A DNA stretch of 64,000 nt, from assembly GCA_043808425.1 (NCBI GenBank), contig JAZDEW010000064.1, positions 11,772 to 75,771 of the forward strand. The letters are read 5' to 3'. Each line of letters opens with the position of its first letter. Position 1 is the stretch's first letter. This DNA is from Candidatus Omnitrophota bacterium (GTDB taxonomy: Bacteria; Omnitrophota; Gorgyraeia; Gygaellales; Profunditerraquicolaceae). Shown here one piece after another: positions 18,568 to 28,079 of the stretch. A model generated the notes under the pieces. It had not been told where the DNA came from and made no database searches. It worked only from the letters and a program-made list of their open reading frames with translations. The position numbers were made by a program, and so were the translations under genes.

Positions 18568-19921
18568 CGCTAACCCTCACAATATCCCCTGCTCCTAAGG
18601 TCATCACCAGATCGCCTTCTCTAATTATGCCCAAAATATGGGCAAGGATACCTTCTTTAGGCAGATAGAAGGCTTCTTTATCCGGAGCATGTTCTTTTAT
18701 TTTTTTTAATAACTCCAAAGCGCTTACTCCTTCTATCGGCTGCTCACTAGCCGCATAAATATCGGTAATAATCAAATAATCCGCCAGCGCAAAAGATTGA
18801 ATAAAATCATTTAAAAGCAATTGCGTACGGGTATAACGATGCGGCTGGAACACGATGATTTTTCGCTTAATCTTCAAATTAGCTACTGCCGCCAAAGAAG
18901 CTTTAATTTCCGAAGGATGATGCGCATAATCATCAATAACCAGATATTTATCACTTTGAAATTTAATCTCTAATCTGCGGCCAGCGCCTTTATATCCCTC
19001 TAGGCTACTGCGTATATGCTTTAAATCAATACCTAGCTCTAATCCCAGGCCAATTACCGCCAAGGCATTGGAAATATTATGCCTTCCCCCTAGAGACAAA
19101 TGAAAACGCAAAATAAATTTATCTTTAAAATAACAATCAAAATCTGAAACCAGCCCATGTAATTCGATGTTTTTAGCGCAAATATCAGCCGAATGGTCTA
19201 GGCCAAAAAATACGCGCTTGCCCTCATAGTCGCGCATCAGCTTTAAAAGACAAGGGTCGTCAAAACAAGCAAAAACACAACCTCCCGCCAAGGTCTGTTT
19301 AATAAAAAGCCCAAAGGCGGCTAATACATTGCTAAAATTATGATAATAATCCAAATGCTCATGGTCAATATTCGTAATAATAGAATACTTGGGTGTATAG
19401 CTTAAGAAGGACCCGTCAGATTCGTCAGCTTCAGCAACAAAAAACTGGCCGCTTCCTAAACAAGCATTGGTCTGGATATTATTCAGAATGCCCCCAATAG
19501 CTACCGTAGGACAAACCCCTGCTTCCATAAGCATATAAGAAATTAAAGAAGTAGTCGTGGTCTTACCATGGCTACCAGCAACGGTTATAACTGTTTTTTG
19601 CCGCATCAGCTCGGCGAGAGCCTGTGCCCTCTTAATCAAAGGTATACCTAAAACCCTGCTCTGATACACCTCAGGGTTATCCGCGGTAATAACCGAAGAA
19701 TAGACCACTACATCCTGCTGGGATATATTTTGTGCGCGATGTCCCAGAAAAATCTCTGCCCCCAGGCCAGCCAACTGCCGCGTAATAAGATTTTCTTTTA
19801 AATCCGAGCCGCTTACCCTGAATCCGCTCTCCAACATCAAACGCGCAATCCCGCTCATCCCGATCCCGCCTATACCGATAAAATGATAATATTTTCTCAT
19901 AATAAAAGCTGTTCCTTCCAT
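18542..19921 (-). CDS. murC: UDP-N-acetylmuramate--L-alanine ligase
   Basis: IGIGGIGMSG and GSHGKTTT P-loop motifs of the Mur ligase family. The true start may be the MRKYYHF methionine a few codons in. Confidence 0.88.
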   Translation of the reverse strand: MEGTAFIMRKYYHFIGIGGIGMSGIARLMLESGFRVSGSDLKENLITRQLAGLGAEIFLGHRAQNISQQDVVVYSSVITADNPEVYQSRVLGIPLIKRAQALAELMRQKTVITVAGSHGKTTTTSLISYMLMEAGVCPTVAIGGILNNIQTNACLGSGQFFVAEADESDGSFLSYTPKYSIITNIDHEHLDYYHNFSNVLAAFGLFIKQTLAGGCVFACFDDPCLLKLMRDYEGKRVFFGLDHSADICAKNIELHGLVSDFDCYFKDKFILRFHLSLGGRHNISNALAVIGLGLELGIDLKHIRSSLEGYKGAGRRLEIKFQSDKYLVIDDYAHHPSEIKASLAAVANLKIKRKIIVFQPHRYTRTQLLLNDFIQSFALADYLIITDIYAASEQPIEGVSALELLKKIKEHAPDKEAFYLPKEGILAHILGIIREGDLVMTLGAGDIVRVSDALVRALK

Positions 19922-20673
19922 GAACTTTCAAGTTCCTGCAAACTAGCAAAAGCATAGGCCATCCTAAGCGCCCTAACTAAATCTTTATAATCTCGCAGCC
20001 AATGACAAAAAAGCACAAATTTATCCCTACCAAACTCTTTAATCAGATAATTCAATAAGCTATAGGATTCGGCATAAAACAGCTCTATTAACTGCTTATC
20101 TTTTACGCGCATTAAATCAAACCTATTTAATTGGTCTAAACTCATAAAGTTATTTGTCCTAACTTTTGCGGCCAAATACCTCTGCACTGACTGATTTTCA
20201 GATTGTCTTTCCTGAAAAGTAGCCACCCCTTCTTCCAGCCAAAGCGGAACAGCCGGATTATTAAAACCAACCACCTCTCTAAAAATAATATGCGCCAACT
20301 CATGCGCCAGAACATGATCTAAAAACCCTGGAGCAGCCGCATAGCATTGGATAGATTTATTACTCACCGTTACTAAGCCAGCGGACCAATCTGGGCCGCT
20401 ATTTTCTTTCATGTATTCTTCTTGGGTATCAAAAAGATAAATTTTTGCGCGGTTATCCCAGGTCCAGAAGTTAAAACGGTTAAATCCAAAATCATCCGTA
20501 ATTTTTTCATAATATCCTTCCGCCTTTTTAATCAACCGGTCTAGCAAGGCCTCCGAAGCACCCCGATAAAAAACCTGAAAATGCGTGCTTTTGGATACGC
20601 GCCAATCCTGATTTTGCGCAAAAACCAATACCGGCGTAAAAATAAATAAAATTAATAATCTTAATTTAAACAT
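19897..20673 (-). CDS. Secreted HExxH metallopeptidase-like protein (peptidase-MA / DUF1570-like)
   Basis: Signal peptide (MFKLRLLILFIFTPVLVFAQ), HELAH zinc motif and a downstream WLEEGVATFQE glutamate. It is inserted between murG and murC. Confidence 0.5.
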   Translation of the reverse strand: MFKLRLLILFIFTPVLVFAQNQDWRVSKSTHFQVFYRGASEALLDRLIKKAEGYYEKITDDFGFNRFNFWTWDNRAKIYLFDTQEEYMKENSGPDWSAGLVTVSNKSIQCYAAAPGFLDHVLAHELAHIIFREVVGFNNPAVPLWLEEGVATFQERQSENQSVQRYLAAKVRTNNFMSLDQLNRFDLMRVKDKQLIELFYAESYSLLNYLIKEFGRDKFVLFCHWLRDYKDLVRALRMAYAFASLQELESSWKEQLLL

Positions 20674-21788
20674 TACTTTAGCTTTAACACCTCGCTTGAC
20701 AGCCTTTCTGTTGCATTTAAAGCCGGCAGCCCTTGATACGCTTTTTGCATTTCTTTAAGTTTTTCATGATTACAAAAGTATGCCTGTAAACTTTCTTTTA
20801 ATTTATCCGCACTTAATTCCGCATCGAGCATTATTTCGGCCGCGCCAACATCTGCTAAAACCTGCGCATTAGCTAACTGATGCGCATAAGCAAAAGGATA
20901 CGGAATCAATAACGCCGGTAAATTAAATTTTTGTATTTCCGCAATCGTGGTAGCTCCGGCCCGGCAAATTACCAGGTCGGCTGCGCTATAGGCATATTCC
21001 ATCTGATGAAAAAAATCATAAAGCTTATAGGCCAAAGGCAACACTGCGTACTCAGCTGCCAGCCAAGTAAAATCCTGCGTTCCGCAGATATGAATCACCT
21101 GCAAATCATCCTTTTTTTGATAAGCAGACAACACCTCCAGGCATGCCGCATTTATTCTATGCGCCCCCTGGCTGCCACCCATAATTAAAATAGTGAATTT
21201 TCCTTCTTTAAACTTAAAAAAAAACCCGGCCTTTTTTTTATCCATCCGCGACAAGCCCCTGCGTAGAGGGTTACCCGTTAAAATAATTTTATGAGGAGCG
21301 ATATTGAGATAATTACGAGTCTGGCTAAATGATACCGCGACTTTATCTACCAGCTTGACCAATAATTTATTGGCCCTACCGCAAATAACATTTTGCTCAT
21401 GAATCATCGTTTTTATCCTGAATAACCAGGCCCAAAATATTAAGGCAACAGTATTTAAGCTGCCGAATCCCACAACCAGATCCGGTTTAAATTTTACAAT
21501 TATCCGCAATGACGCCCAGGCGCCAGCTAAAAAAAAGTAAAAGCCAAATATATTTTTACGATTTAAATTAAAGCTCAAATTAGCCGCGGGAATATACTTT
21601 ACTTGTCCCGGAGCGACAGGAATCTCATCCTGATGGATTTTTTGCGGTAACACCAAGAGCGCTTCTTGCCCGGAATTATTTAATGAGTCCAAAAGAGCGA
21701 TCGCCGGAAAAATATGGCCGCCGCTGGAGCCGGTAACAATCAAAACACGCATAGCTAAAGTCTCCGATCTTAAGGATACTCTCCGCAA
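20673..21788 (-). CDS. murG: Undecaprenyldiphospho-muramoylpentapeptide beta-N-acetylglucosaminyltransferase
   Basis: GGSGGHIFPA motif and GT28 fold. A later ATG (MRVLIVTG) is an alternative start. Confidence 0.85.
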   Translation of the reverse strand: MRRVSLRSETLAMRVLIVTGSSGGHIFPAIALLDSLNNSGQEALLVLPQKIHQDEIPVAPGQVKYIPAANLSFNLNRKNIFGFYFFLAGAWASLRIIVKFKPDLVVGFGSLNTVALIFWAWLFRIKTMIHEQNVICGRANKLLVKLVDKVAVSFSQTRNYLNIAPHKIILTGNPLRRGLSRMDKKKAGFFFKFKEGKFTILIMGGSQGAHRINAACLEVLSAYQKKDDLQVIHICGTQDFTWLAAEYAVLPLAYKLYDFFHQMEYAYSAADLVICRAGATTIAEIQKFNLPALLIPYPFAYAHQLANAQVLADVGAAEIMLDAELSADKLKESLQAYFCNHEKLKEMQKAYQGLPALNATERLSSEVLKLK

Positions 21789-22864
21789 CGAGCGATATTA
21801 ATCAAAATACCCAGGCTAACCATATCAAAGATTAACGATGAGCCCCCGTAGCTAATAAACGGCAGCGGTAAGCCCTTAGTGGGAAAAACTCCGCAAGAAA
21901 CACCAATATTAATAATCGCCTTAATCGAAATCATTAAAATTAACCCCAGAGCAAGAAAATATCCGAACCTGTCTTGTGCATTCTTAATAATTTTAAGCCC
22001 TTGATAAATAAAAATCATAAACAACGCTATTATCCCTAAGGTGCCCAACAAACCCAGCTCTTCGCCAATGATGGAAAAAATAAAATCAGTATGCGCCGCC
22101 GGAAGATAAAAAAGTTTCTGCTGAGAATGGCCCAGCCCCCTGCCAAATATCCCCCCTGAACCAATAGCAATCTGCGATTGAATAATCTGAAAACCTGACC
22201 CTTTAGGATCAAGCCAGGGATTTATAAAAGCTAAAATTCTCGCTCGGCGATAAGGCACGCTAAAAATTAAAAAATAAAATACCGGCAAGCTACAAAGCAA
22301 CATGTTCAAAATATACTTGCCTCTAACCCCGCCCACAAAAAGCATAGTTAAAACTACGCTGCCTAAAGCGATAATCGTACCTAAATCCGGCTGCAAAAGT
22401 ATCAGCAAAGCCACTGCCCCCAACATACATACCGCGGGCATAAAACCGGCCACTAACGTTTTAATCTTATCTTCTTTACGAGAGATAAAATCAGCAATAT
22501 AAATAATAAGCGCCAAATTGGCAAACTCCGAAGGCTGAAAACTAATAAATTTAAATCTAAACCAGCGCCGAGCTCCGGAAACTTCTCTACCTACTCCGGG
22601 TATCAGCACTAAAATCAGTAAGCCTAGAGCAATCCAAATCAGCCAGTGAACATATTTCCTAAAAAAACGATAGTCAATAACCATGGCCGCGAAAGCCAAC
22701 AGCGATCCGACAAACAAAAAAGATAAATGCCGCTTTAAAAAATAAAAACTATCTTTATACCTCTCCCAGGCATAGATACTTGAAGAGCTATAGATCATTA
22801 CGATACCGATACAAACGAGTACAACCGATACCGTAAGCAAGTTAATTCGCGTTTTCCTAACCAT
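21770..22864 (-). CDS. ftsW: Peptidoglycan glycosyltransferase FtsW (SEDS family)
   Basis: Polytopic SEDS-family membrane protein sitting between murD and murG. Confidence 0.8.
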   Translation of the reverse strand: MVRKTRINLLTVSVVLVCIGIVMIYSSSSIYAWERYKDSFYFLKRHLSFLFVGSLLAFAAMVIDYRFFRKYVHWLIWIALGLLILVLIPGVGREVSGARRWFRFKFISFQPSEFANLALIIYIADFISRKEDKIKTLVAGFMPAVCMLGAVALLILLQPDLGTIIALGSVVLTMLFVGGVRGKYILNMLLCSLPVFYFLIFSVPYRRARILAFINPWLDPKGSGFQIIQSQIAIGSGGIFGRGLGHSQQKLFYLPAAHTDFIFSIIGEELGLLGTLGIIALFMIFIYQGLKIIKNAQDRFGYFLALGLILMISIKAIINIGVSCGVFPTKGLPLPFISYGGSSLIFDMVSLGILINIARCGEYP

Positions 22865-24137
22865 GAAGCTTAACCGCTTGAGCTAAATCCAAAACAATTC
22901 TTTTAAAGGCCATGCCCCGGGCTTCAAAATCCGTAAACATATCATAACTTGAACACATGGGAGACAGCAATACGCAATACCCTGGCTGAGACTGGTCATA
23001 GGCTTTAGTTACCGCCTCTTTAAGGGTATCCACCTTAGCGATCGGAAAACCTCCCCTGTTAAGGTCAGAAGCAATTATATCCCTGGCTTCTCCAATTAAA
23101 AACACCTGCTGGACCTTGCCTCTGGAGGCATCAAGAATTACCCGATAATCAATTCCCTTATGCCTGCCTCCGGCGATAAGCATAATCGGTGAAGCGATAT
23201 TATTTATCGCCCAAATAGCGGAATCCGCGGTAGTGGCTTTAGAATCATTAATAAATTTTACCCCGTTTATTTCTGCTACCTCCTCTAAGCGGTGCTGAAT
23301 CCCTTTAAATTCCTGAAAAACTTTTTGCATCTGTGGCAATTTTACTCCCAAAATTCCGCCCACCTCCAACACCGCGCTCTGGTTAGAGTTTAATCCTTTT
23401 TCCTGAGCAAAAAAAGAAACCTTTGATTTAGCGTCAAAGCCAACAGCTCTCAAAACAGAATCATCGGCATTTAAAACCAAAAAATCCCCTTGATCCTGAT
23501 TCATGAAAATACGTTTTTTCGCAGCTGCATATTCCTGCATATTGTCATAGCGATCCAAATGATTCGGAGTTAAATTCAAAATAACCGCAATCTTAGGTTT
23601 AAAATCTTTAACCGTCTCCAACTGGAATGAACTTACTTCCAGAACCACAAAATCATTCTCTTTTATCTTCTCCACTTCAGCGCAAAATGAATTCCCGATA
23701 TTACCGCAAACAAAAACATTCTTTTTCAATGTGGACAAAACTTTACCGATTAAGGTAGCCACCGTAGTCTTTCCGTTTGAGCCAGTAACAGCGATAATTG
23801 GTGCCGAACACAAAATACTCGCCACCTCAATTTCACTAATCAATAACTTATTGAATTCTTTGGCCCAATTAACGCACAAAGAATCTGGCGGCACACCGGG
23901 AGAAATTACCACTAAATCCGCCTGCTTAACCCAATCTTGACTATGCCTGCCTAATTCCACCCTAATTTCACTGTCACAAAGTTTAGCCCGAGCTTGACGA
24001 CTTTGCGCGTCATCCTTAATATCGGTAACGCTAACAATGGCTTTTAAGCGATGTAAAAGATTAGCGCAAGCCAGGCCGGAACGCGCTAAACCAACAATAG
24101 TAACTTTTTTATTTTTAAAATATTCGCTATTACGCAT
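22857..24137 (-). CDS. murD: UDP-N-acetylmuramoylalanine--D-glutamate ligase
   Basis: Mur ligase P-loop GSNGKTT. It sits in the mraY-murD-ftsW order. Confidence 0.85.
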   Translation of the reverse strand: MRNSEYFKNKKVTIVGLARSGLACANLLHRLKAIVSVTDIKDDAQSRQARAKLCDSEIRVELGRHSQDWVKQADLVVISPGVPPDSLCVNWAKEFNKLLISEIEVASILCSAPIIAVTGSNGKTTVATLIGKVLSTLKKNVFVCGNIGNSFCAEVEKIKENDFVVLEVSSFQLETVKDFKPKIAVILNLTPNHLDRYDNMQEYAAAKKRIFMNQDQGDFLVLNADDSVLRAVGFDAKSKVSFFAQEKGLNSNQSAVLEVGGILGVKLPQMQKVFQEFKGIQHRLEEVAEINGVKFINDSKATTADSAIWAINNIASPIMLIAGGRHKGIDYRVILDASRGKVQQVFLIGEARDIIASDLNRGGFPIAKVDTLKEAVTKAYDQSQPGYCVLLSPMCSSYDMFTDFEARGMAFKRIVLDLAQAVKLHG

Positions 24138-24144
24138 AAACTTT

Positions 24145-25230
24145 TTATCTGATCTTTAGGGTAACTAGGGCAAACAGGGCAAGTAAACCCGCAATAATCC
24201 AAAACCTGACAATTATTTTATTCTCCGGCCAATCCAGAAACTGGAAATGGTGGTGCAAAGGGGCAATCTTAAAAATGCGTTTTTTGGTCAGCTTATAAGT
24301 TGCTACCTGCAAAATAACCGAAAATGCCTCTAAAACAAATATCCCCCCTACAATTATAAGCAGCATCTCTTTTTTAATCAATAACGCGACTGTTCCAATC
24401 GCACCGCCTAAAGCAAGTGAACCGATATCTCCCATAAAAATTGTCGCCGGATAACAATTAAACCATAGAAATCCTAAACCCGCTCCAATAATACTTGAGC
24501 AAAAAATAGTTAACTCCCCGCTGCCTCTAATATAGGGAACGAGCAGATAATGACTTAAATTAATATTACCGGAAACATAGCAAAGAATGCTAAAAGCAAT
24601 CGCCACCATAACCACAATACCGATAGCCAGTCCGTCTAAGCCATCCGTAAGATTTACCGCGTTCGATGAACCCGCAATCACTATAATCACAAACAAAATA
24701 TATAGGCCGTCTAAATCAAAATTAACACCTTTTAAAAAAGGAATCTCAAGATTAACATTATGCTGGCTATAGATGAGAATCACCCCTAAAATCAGGCCCA
24801 AAACAACCTGGCTGGCAAGTTTTACCTTAGGGGATAATCCGCCGGGCTGCTTCTTGATCTGCTTTAAATAATCATCAGCAAAGCCAGTTAAACCTAACCA
24901 AGACGTACTAAATAAAACAATCCAAATGCACTGCTGCCTGATATCCGCCCAAAGCAATGTTGAAATTATCACCGTGCCCAAAATAAGAATTCCGCCCATC
25001 GTGGGCGTACTCTGTTTATGGTGGTGCAAATCATCCAGCTTTTGGCTATCGGCCTTATTTATCTTCTCACCAATCTTAAGAATTTTTAATTTATTAATTA
25101 ACCAGGGGCCAAAAATCAGGCTGAGCACAAAAGCGGTTAAAGCCGCCATGGCTGCACGAAAAGTGATGTAGCGAAATATATTAAAAACAGAAATAAAATC
25201 CCTGAGGGGATAAAGCAGGTGGTAAAGCAT
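24145..25230 (-). CDS. mraY: Phospho-N-acetylmuramoyl-pentapeptide transferase
   Basis: Polytopic membrane protein with MraY motifs (NAVNLTDGLDGLA). Confidence 0.88.
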   Translation of the reverse strand: MLYHLLYPLRDFISVFNIFRYITFRAAMAALTAFVLSLIFGPWLINKLKILKIGEKINKADSQKLDDLHHHKQSTPTMGGILILGTVIISTLLWADIRQQCIWIVLFSTSWLGLTGFADDYLKQIKKQPGGLSPKVKLASQVVLGLILGVILIYSQHNVNLEIPFLKGVNFDLDGLYILFVIIVIAGSSNAVNLTDGLDGLAIGIVVMVAIAFSILCYVSGNINLSHYLLVPYIRGSGELTIFCSSIIGAGLGFLWFNCYPATIFMGDIGSLALGGAIGTVALLIKKEMLLIIVGGIFVLEAFSVILQVATYKLTKKRIFKIAPLHHHFQFLDWPENKIIVRFWIIAGLLALFALVTLKIR

Positions 25231-26591
25231 TAAACTCCTAGAACCTCTTCCATTTTCATCGACCGAGAACCTTTTACCAGGATCAAATCATCGGCTTTCG
25301 GAAGTATCTTTTTAAATAATAAATCCCTGGCCGCGAGCGCGTTAGCGCAACAAAATACATGCTTAGTCTCCAGGCCATTCTCTCTGGCGGCATTAGCAGT
25401 AATTCGGGCTAAACTACCTACAGCAATCAACAGATCGCAGCTATTAGTTATACTCCAAGCGATTTGCCTATGCAATAACTCTTTTTGTTTGCCCAGCTCC
25501 AACATATCGCCCATAATCAAAATCTTCCTACCTTTGCAATCTAAAGCGCCTAAAGCGGCCAGGGCCGCCTTTAAAGAAAACGGGTTGGAATTATAGGTAT
25601 CATCAATAAACCTTAAACCTCTAAAATTAACCAAGTTAAACCTGCCTTTAGGAAATTTAAATGCCGCCAATCTTGTGCGCATCTGGAGATAACTCAATCC
25701 TAATATACGGCCAACGGCAATAGCCGCTAAGGCATTATAAACATTATAATCTCCCATAGTCGATAATTCAAAGTTAAATTTAGAGTTAACCTTAAACTCC
25801 ACCTTGGAGTTTTTTAATTTAAGAGAAGAGGCGCAAAAATCGCTTTTCTTATTAAAACCATAACTAAATATATTTTGACCGCTAATTTTACGCTTAATTA
25901 AGCCATAAAATGATTTATCGTCAGCATTAAGCAGGACAATCGCGGGATTCGCTAAATTATCCAATAAAGCAGTTTTTTCTTTTAACACCCCTTTTAAATC
26001 TCCTAAAAACTCCAAGTGGCTGGAACCGATATTAGTAATTATGCCGATATTCGGCCTGGCTATTTTAGATAAATAATCCACTTCTCCAAAATGATTAGTA
26101 CCTACCTCCACCACAGCATAACTATCTGTTTTGGCCAGGGCAATTAATGTTTGCGGAAGGCCAATCTGATTATTTTTAGTTCCTTCATTCTTAAGCACTT
26201 TGGCCTTAGCCGATAATACCCAAGCAATCATCTCTTTGGTCGTCGTTTTACCGTTAGAACCAGTGACCGCGATAACCGGCAGATTAATTTTCTGTCGCTG
26301 AAAGCGCGCAATATCTCCTAAGGCTAAAGTAGTATCTTGGACCCTGATCACCGTCAGAGCCCGCGGAATCGAAAACCGCGGCTTCTGATCTACAATCAAA
26401 CAATTAACTTTTGATTTTATAGCTATAGCAATAAAATCATGCCCATCATAGCTCTTTCCCCGTAAAGCCAGGAATGCTTCTTGCGGTTTTAGACTTCTGG
26501 TGTCCGTGGAAATGCCCGCTACTTTATTCTGAAGCTTACCCTGAATAAGCTTTCCTTGAGTGGCTTTAATTATTTCATTAACCTTAAACAT
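25230..26591 (-). CDS. murF: UDP-N-acetylmuramoyl-tripeptide--D-alanyl-D-alanine ligase
   Basis: Mur ligase family with GSNGKTTTKE P-loop. Confidence 0.85.
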   Translation of the reverse strand: MFKVNEIIKATQGKLIQGKLQNKVAGISTDTRSLKPQEAFLALRGKSYDGHDFIAIAIKSKVNCLIVDQKPRFSIPRALTVIRVQDTTLALGDIARFQRQKINLPVIAVTGSNGKTTTKEMIAWVLSAKAKVLKNEGTKNNQIGLPQTLIALAKTDSYAVVEVGTNHFGEVDYLSKIARPNIGIITNIGSSHLEFLGDLKGVLKEKTALLDNLANPAIVLLNADDKSFYGLIKRKISGQNIFSYGFNKKSDFCASSLKLKNSKVEFKVNSKFNFELSTMGDYNVYNALAAIAVGRILGLSYLQMRTRLAAFKFPKGRFNLVNFRGLRFIDDTYNSNPFSLKAALAALGALDCKGRKILIMGDMLELGKQKELLHRQIAWSITNSCDLLIAVGSLARITANAARENGLETKHVFCCANALAARDLLFKKILPKADDLILVKGSRSMKMEEVLGV

Positions 26592-27985
26592 TCCCGCACT
26601 ACCTTTCGATCATTAAATTTCAATGCTCTATTTTTTAATATTTGATAATCCTCATGCCCTTTACCGGCAACCAGTAAGCAATCCGCCTGATTAATTAAAG
26701 ATAGCCCTTTACGAATAGCTTGCCGGCGATCGGAGATTGAACAATAATTGGTCTTCTGTATGCCCTGCTGAATATCCTTAATAATCTGGCCAGGGTTTTC
26801 CGAGCGAGGATTATCGCTGGTGATAATCGCATAATCCGCTAACTCCGTAACCACTTTGCCCATCTGCGGACGCTTAAGCTTGTCCCGCTCTCCGCCGCAG
26901 CCAAAAATTACAACAATCTTACCCTTAATCAACGGCCTTAGAGCGCTAATCACATTAAAAAGCGCATCCGGTGTATGCGCATAATCAACGAAAATACTGC
27001 CTACTTTTGAACAATTAATTTTTTCTAATCTGCCGGGAACATTTTTAAATTTTTCAATCGCACGCTTAATATCCTGAACGGGTAATTTTTCACTTAACCC
27101 CCAGGCAACCGCAGCCAAAATATTATAAATATTATAACATCCTACCAGACTTGTCTTCATCCTGACATAAATATGTGGAGCAACTAATAAAAATTCCGTT
27201 GACTGCAGGTTAAAATTAATCTCCTTGGCCATTATATCAGATTTTCTCTTTATCCCATAAGTTAATATCTTAGCTTTAGTTAAACGCTTAATCCGGTTAC
27301 CATGCTGATCATCATTATTAATAATCGCTGTGCTGGTTGCCGGTAGGGCAGAAAAAAGTTTAGCTTTAGCTAAGAAATAATTTTTTAAGTTCTTATGATA
27401 ATCCAGGTGATCCTGGGTAAGATTGGTAAAAACAGCGTGGCTAAAATTAATTCCTGCCGCCCTCTCCTGGGCTAAAGCATGGGAAGAAACTTCCATCGCG
27501 CAATATTTAACTTTTCCTAGATACATCTTCCTAAGTAGTCCTTGCAGCTCCGCGGCTCCGGGAGTAGTATTTTTGGCAATAATAATTCTACCCTTAAAAC
27601 GGTAATTAATCGTACCAATCACTCCGCAGTCATAGCCGGATTCTTTGGCCATCCGTTCGATCAAATACGCAATAGTCGTCTTACCGTTAGTGCCGGTAAT
27701 GCCGACAACTTTAACCTTATTTGAAGGAGCGCCATAAAACTTATGCGTAACTTGGGCAAAAAACTTGCGACAATCATTAACTACTAAAAATACAACTTTT
27801 GCCCGGGATTTTATCTGAGGCGCCTTTTTCTCAACAACAACGATAACCGCCCCACGAGCAATTGCCTCTTGAATAAAATGATTGCCATTTTGACGCTCGC
27901 CCTTAATCGCCACAAAAAGAAAACCTTTTTTTATTTCTTTGGAATTAGAAGTTATTCCTTTAATCTCTAAATCAACGATTTTCAC
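26570..27985 (-). CDS. murE: UDP-N-acetylmuramoyl-L-alanyl-D-glutamate--2,6-diaminopimelate ligase
   Basis: Mur ligase with GTNGKTT P-loop. GTG start at 27985. Confidence 0.85.
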   Translation of the reverse strand: MKIVDLEIKGITSNSKEIKKGFLFVAIKGERQNGNHFIQEAIARGAVIVVVEKKAPQIKSRAKVVFLVVNDCRKFFAQVTHKFYGAPSNKVKVVGITGTNGKTTIAYLIERMAKESGYDCGVIGTINYRFKGRIIIAKNTTPGAAELQGLLRKMYLGKVKYCAMEVSSHALAQERAAGINFSHAVFTNLTQDHLDYHKNLKNYFLAKAKLFSALPATSTAIINNDDQHGNRIKRLTKAKILTYGIKRKSDIMAKEINFNLQSTEFLLVAPHIYVRMKTSLVGCYNIYNILAAVAWGLSEKLPVQDIKRAIEKFKNVPGRLEKINCSKVGSIFVDYAHTPDALFNVISALRPLIKGKIVVIFGCGGERDKLKRPQMGKVVTELADYAIITSDNPRSENPGQIIKDIQQGIQKTNYCSISDRRQAIRKGLSLINQADCLLVAGKGHEDYQILKNRALKFNDRKVVRECLRLMK

Positions 27986-27991
27986 TGTGCG

Positions 27992-28079
27992 CCTTCCTGC
28001 CTGCCGGCAAGGCAGGCTTTCTTACTTGATTTATCAAGCCATATGCTTTTAATAATTGAATACTTAGAAGGTACTAGGT
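27992..28079. repeat. Bipartite intergenic repeat element, copy A, in the ftsI-murE spacer
   Basis: Imperfect palindrome CCTGCCTGCCGGCAaGGCAGG, then an AT-rich stretch, then the 26-nt stop-proximal box gaatacttagaaggtactaggttca that overlaps the ftsI stop. About 80% identical to copy B over roughly 80 nt. Confidence 0.7.

Noticed and set aside
19677-19955. 92-aa minus-strand ORF overlapping murC, and similar short overlapping ORFs at 8093-8281, 56719-56916 and 42242-42460
   Set aside because: They are embedded out of frame within well-supported genes, have no motifs and are likely non-coding.
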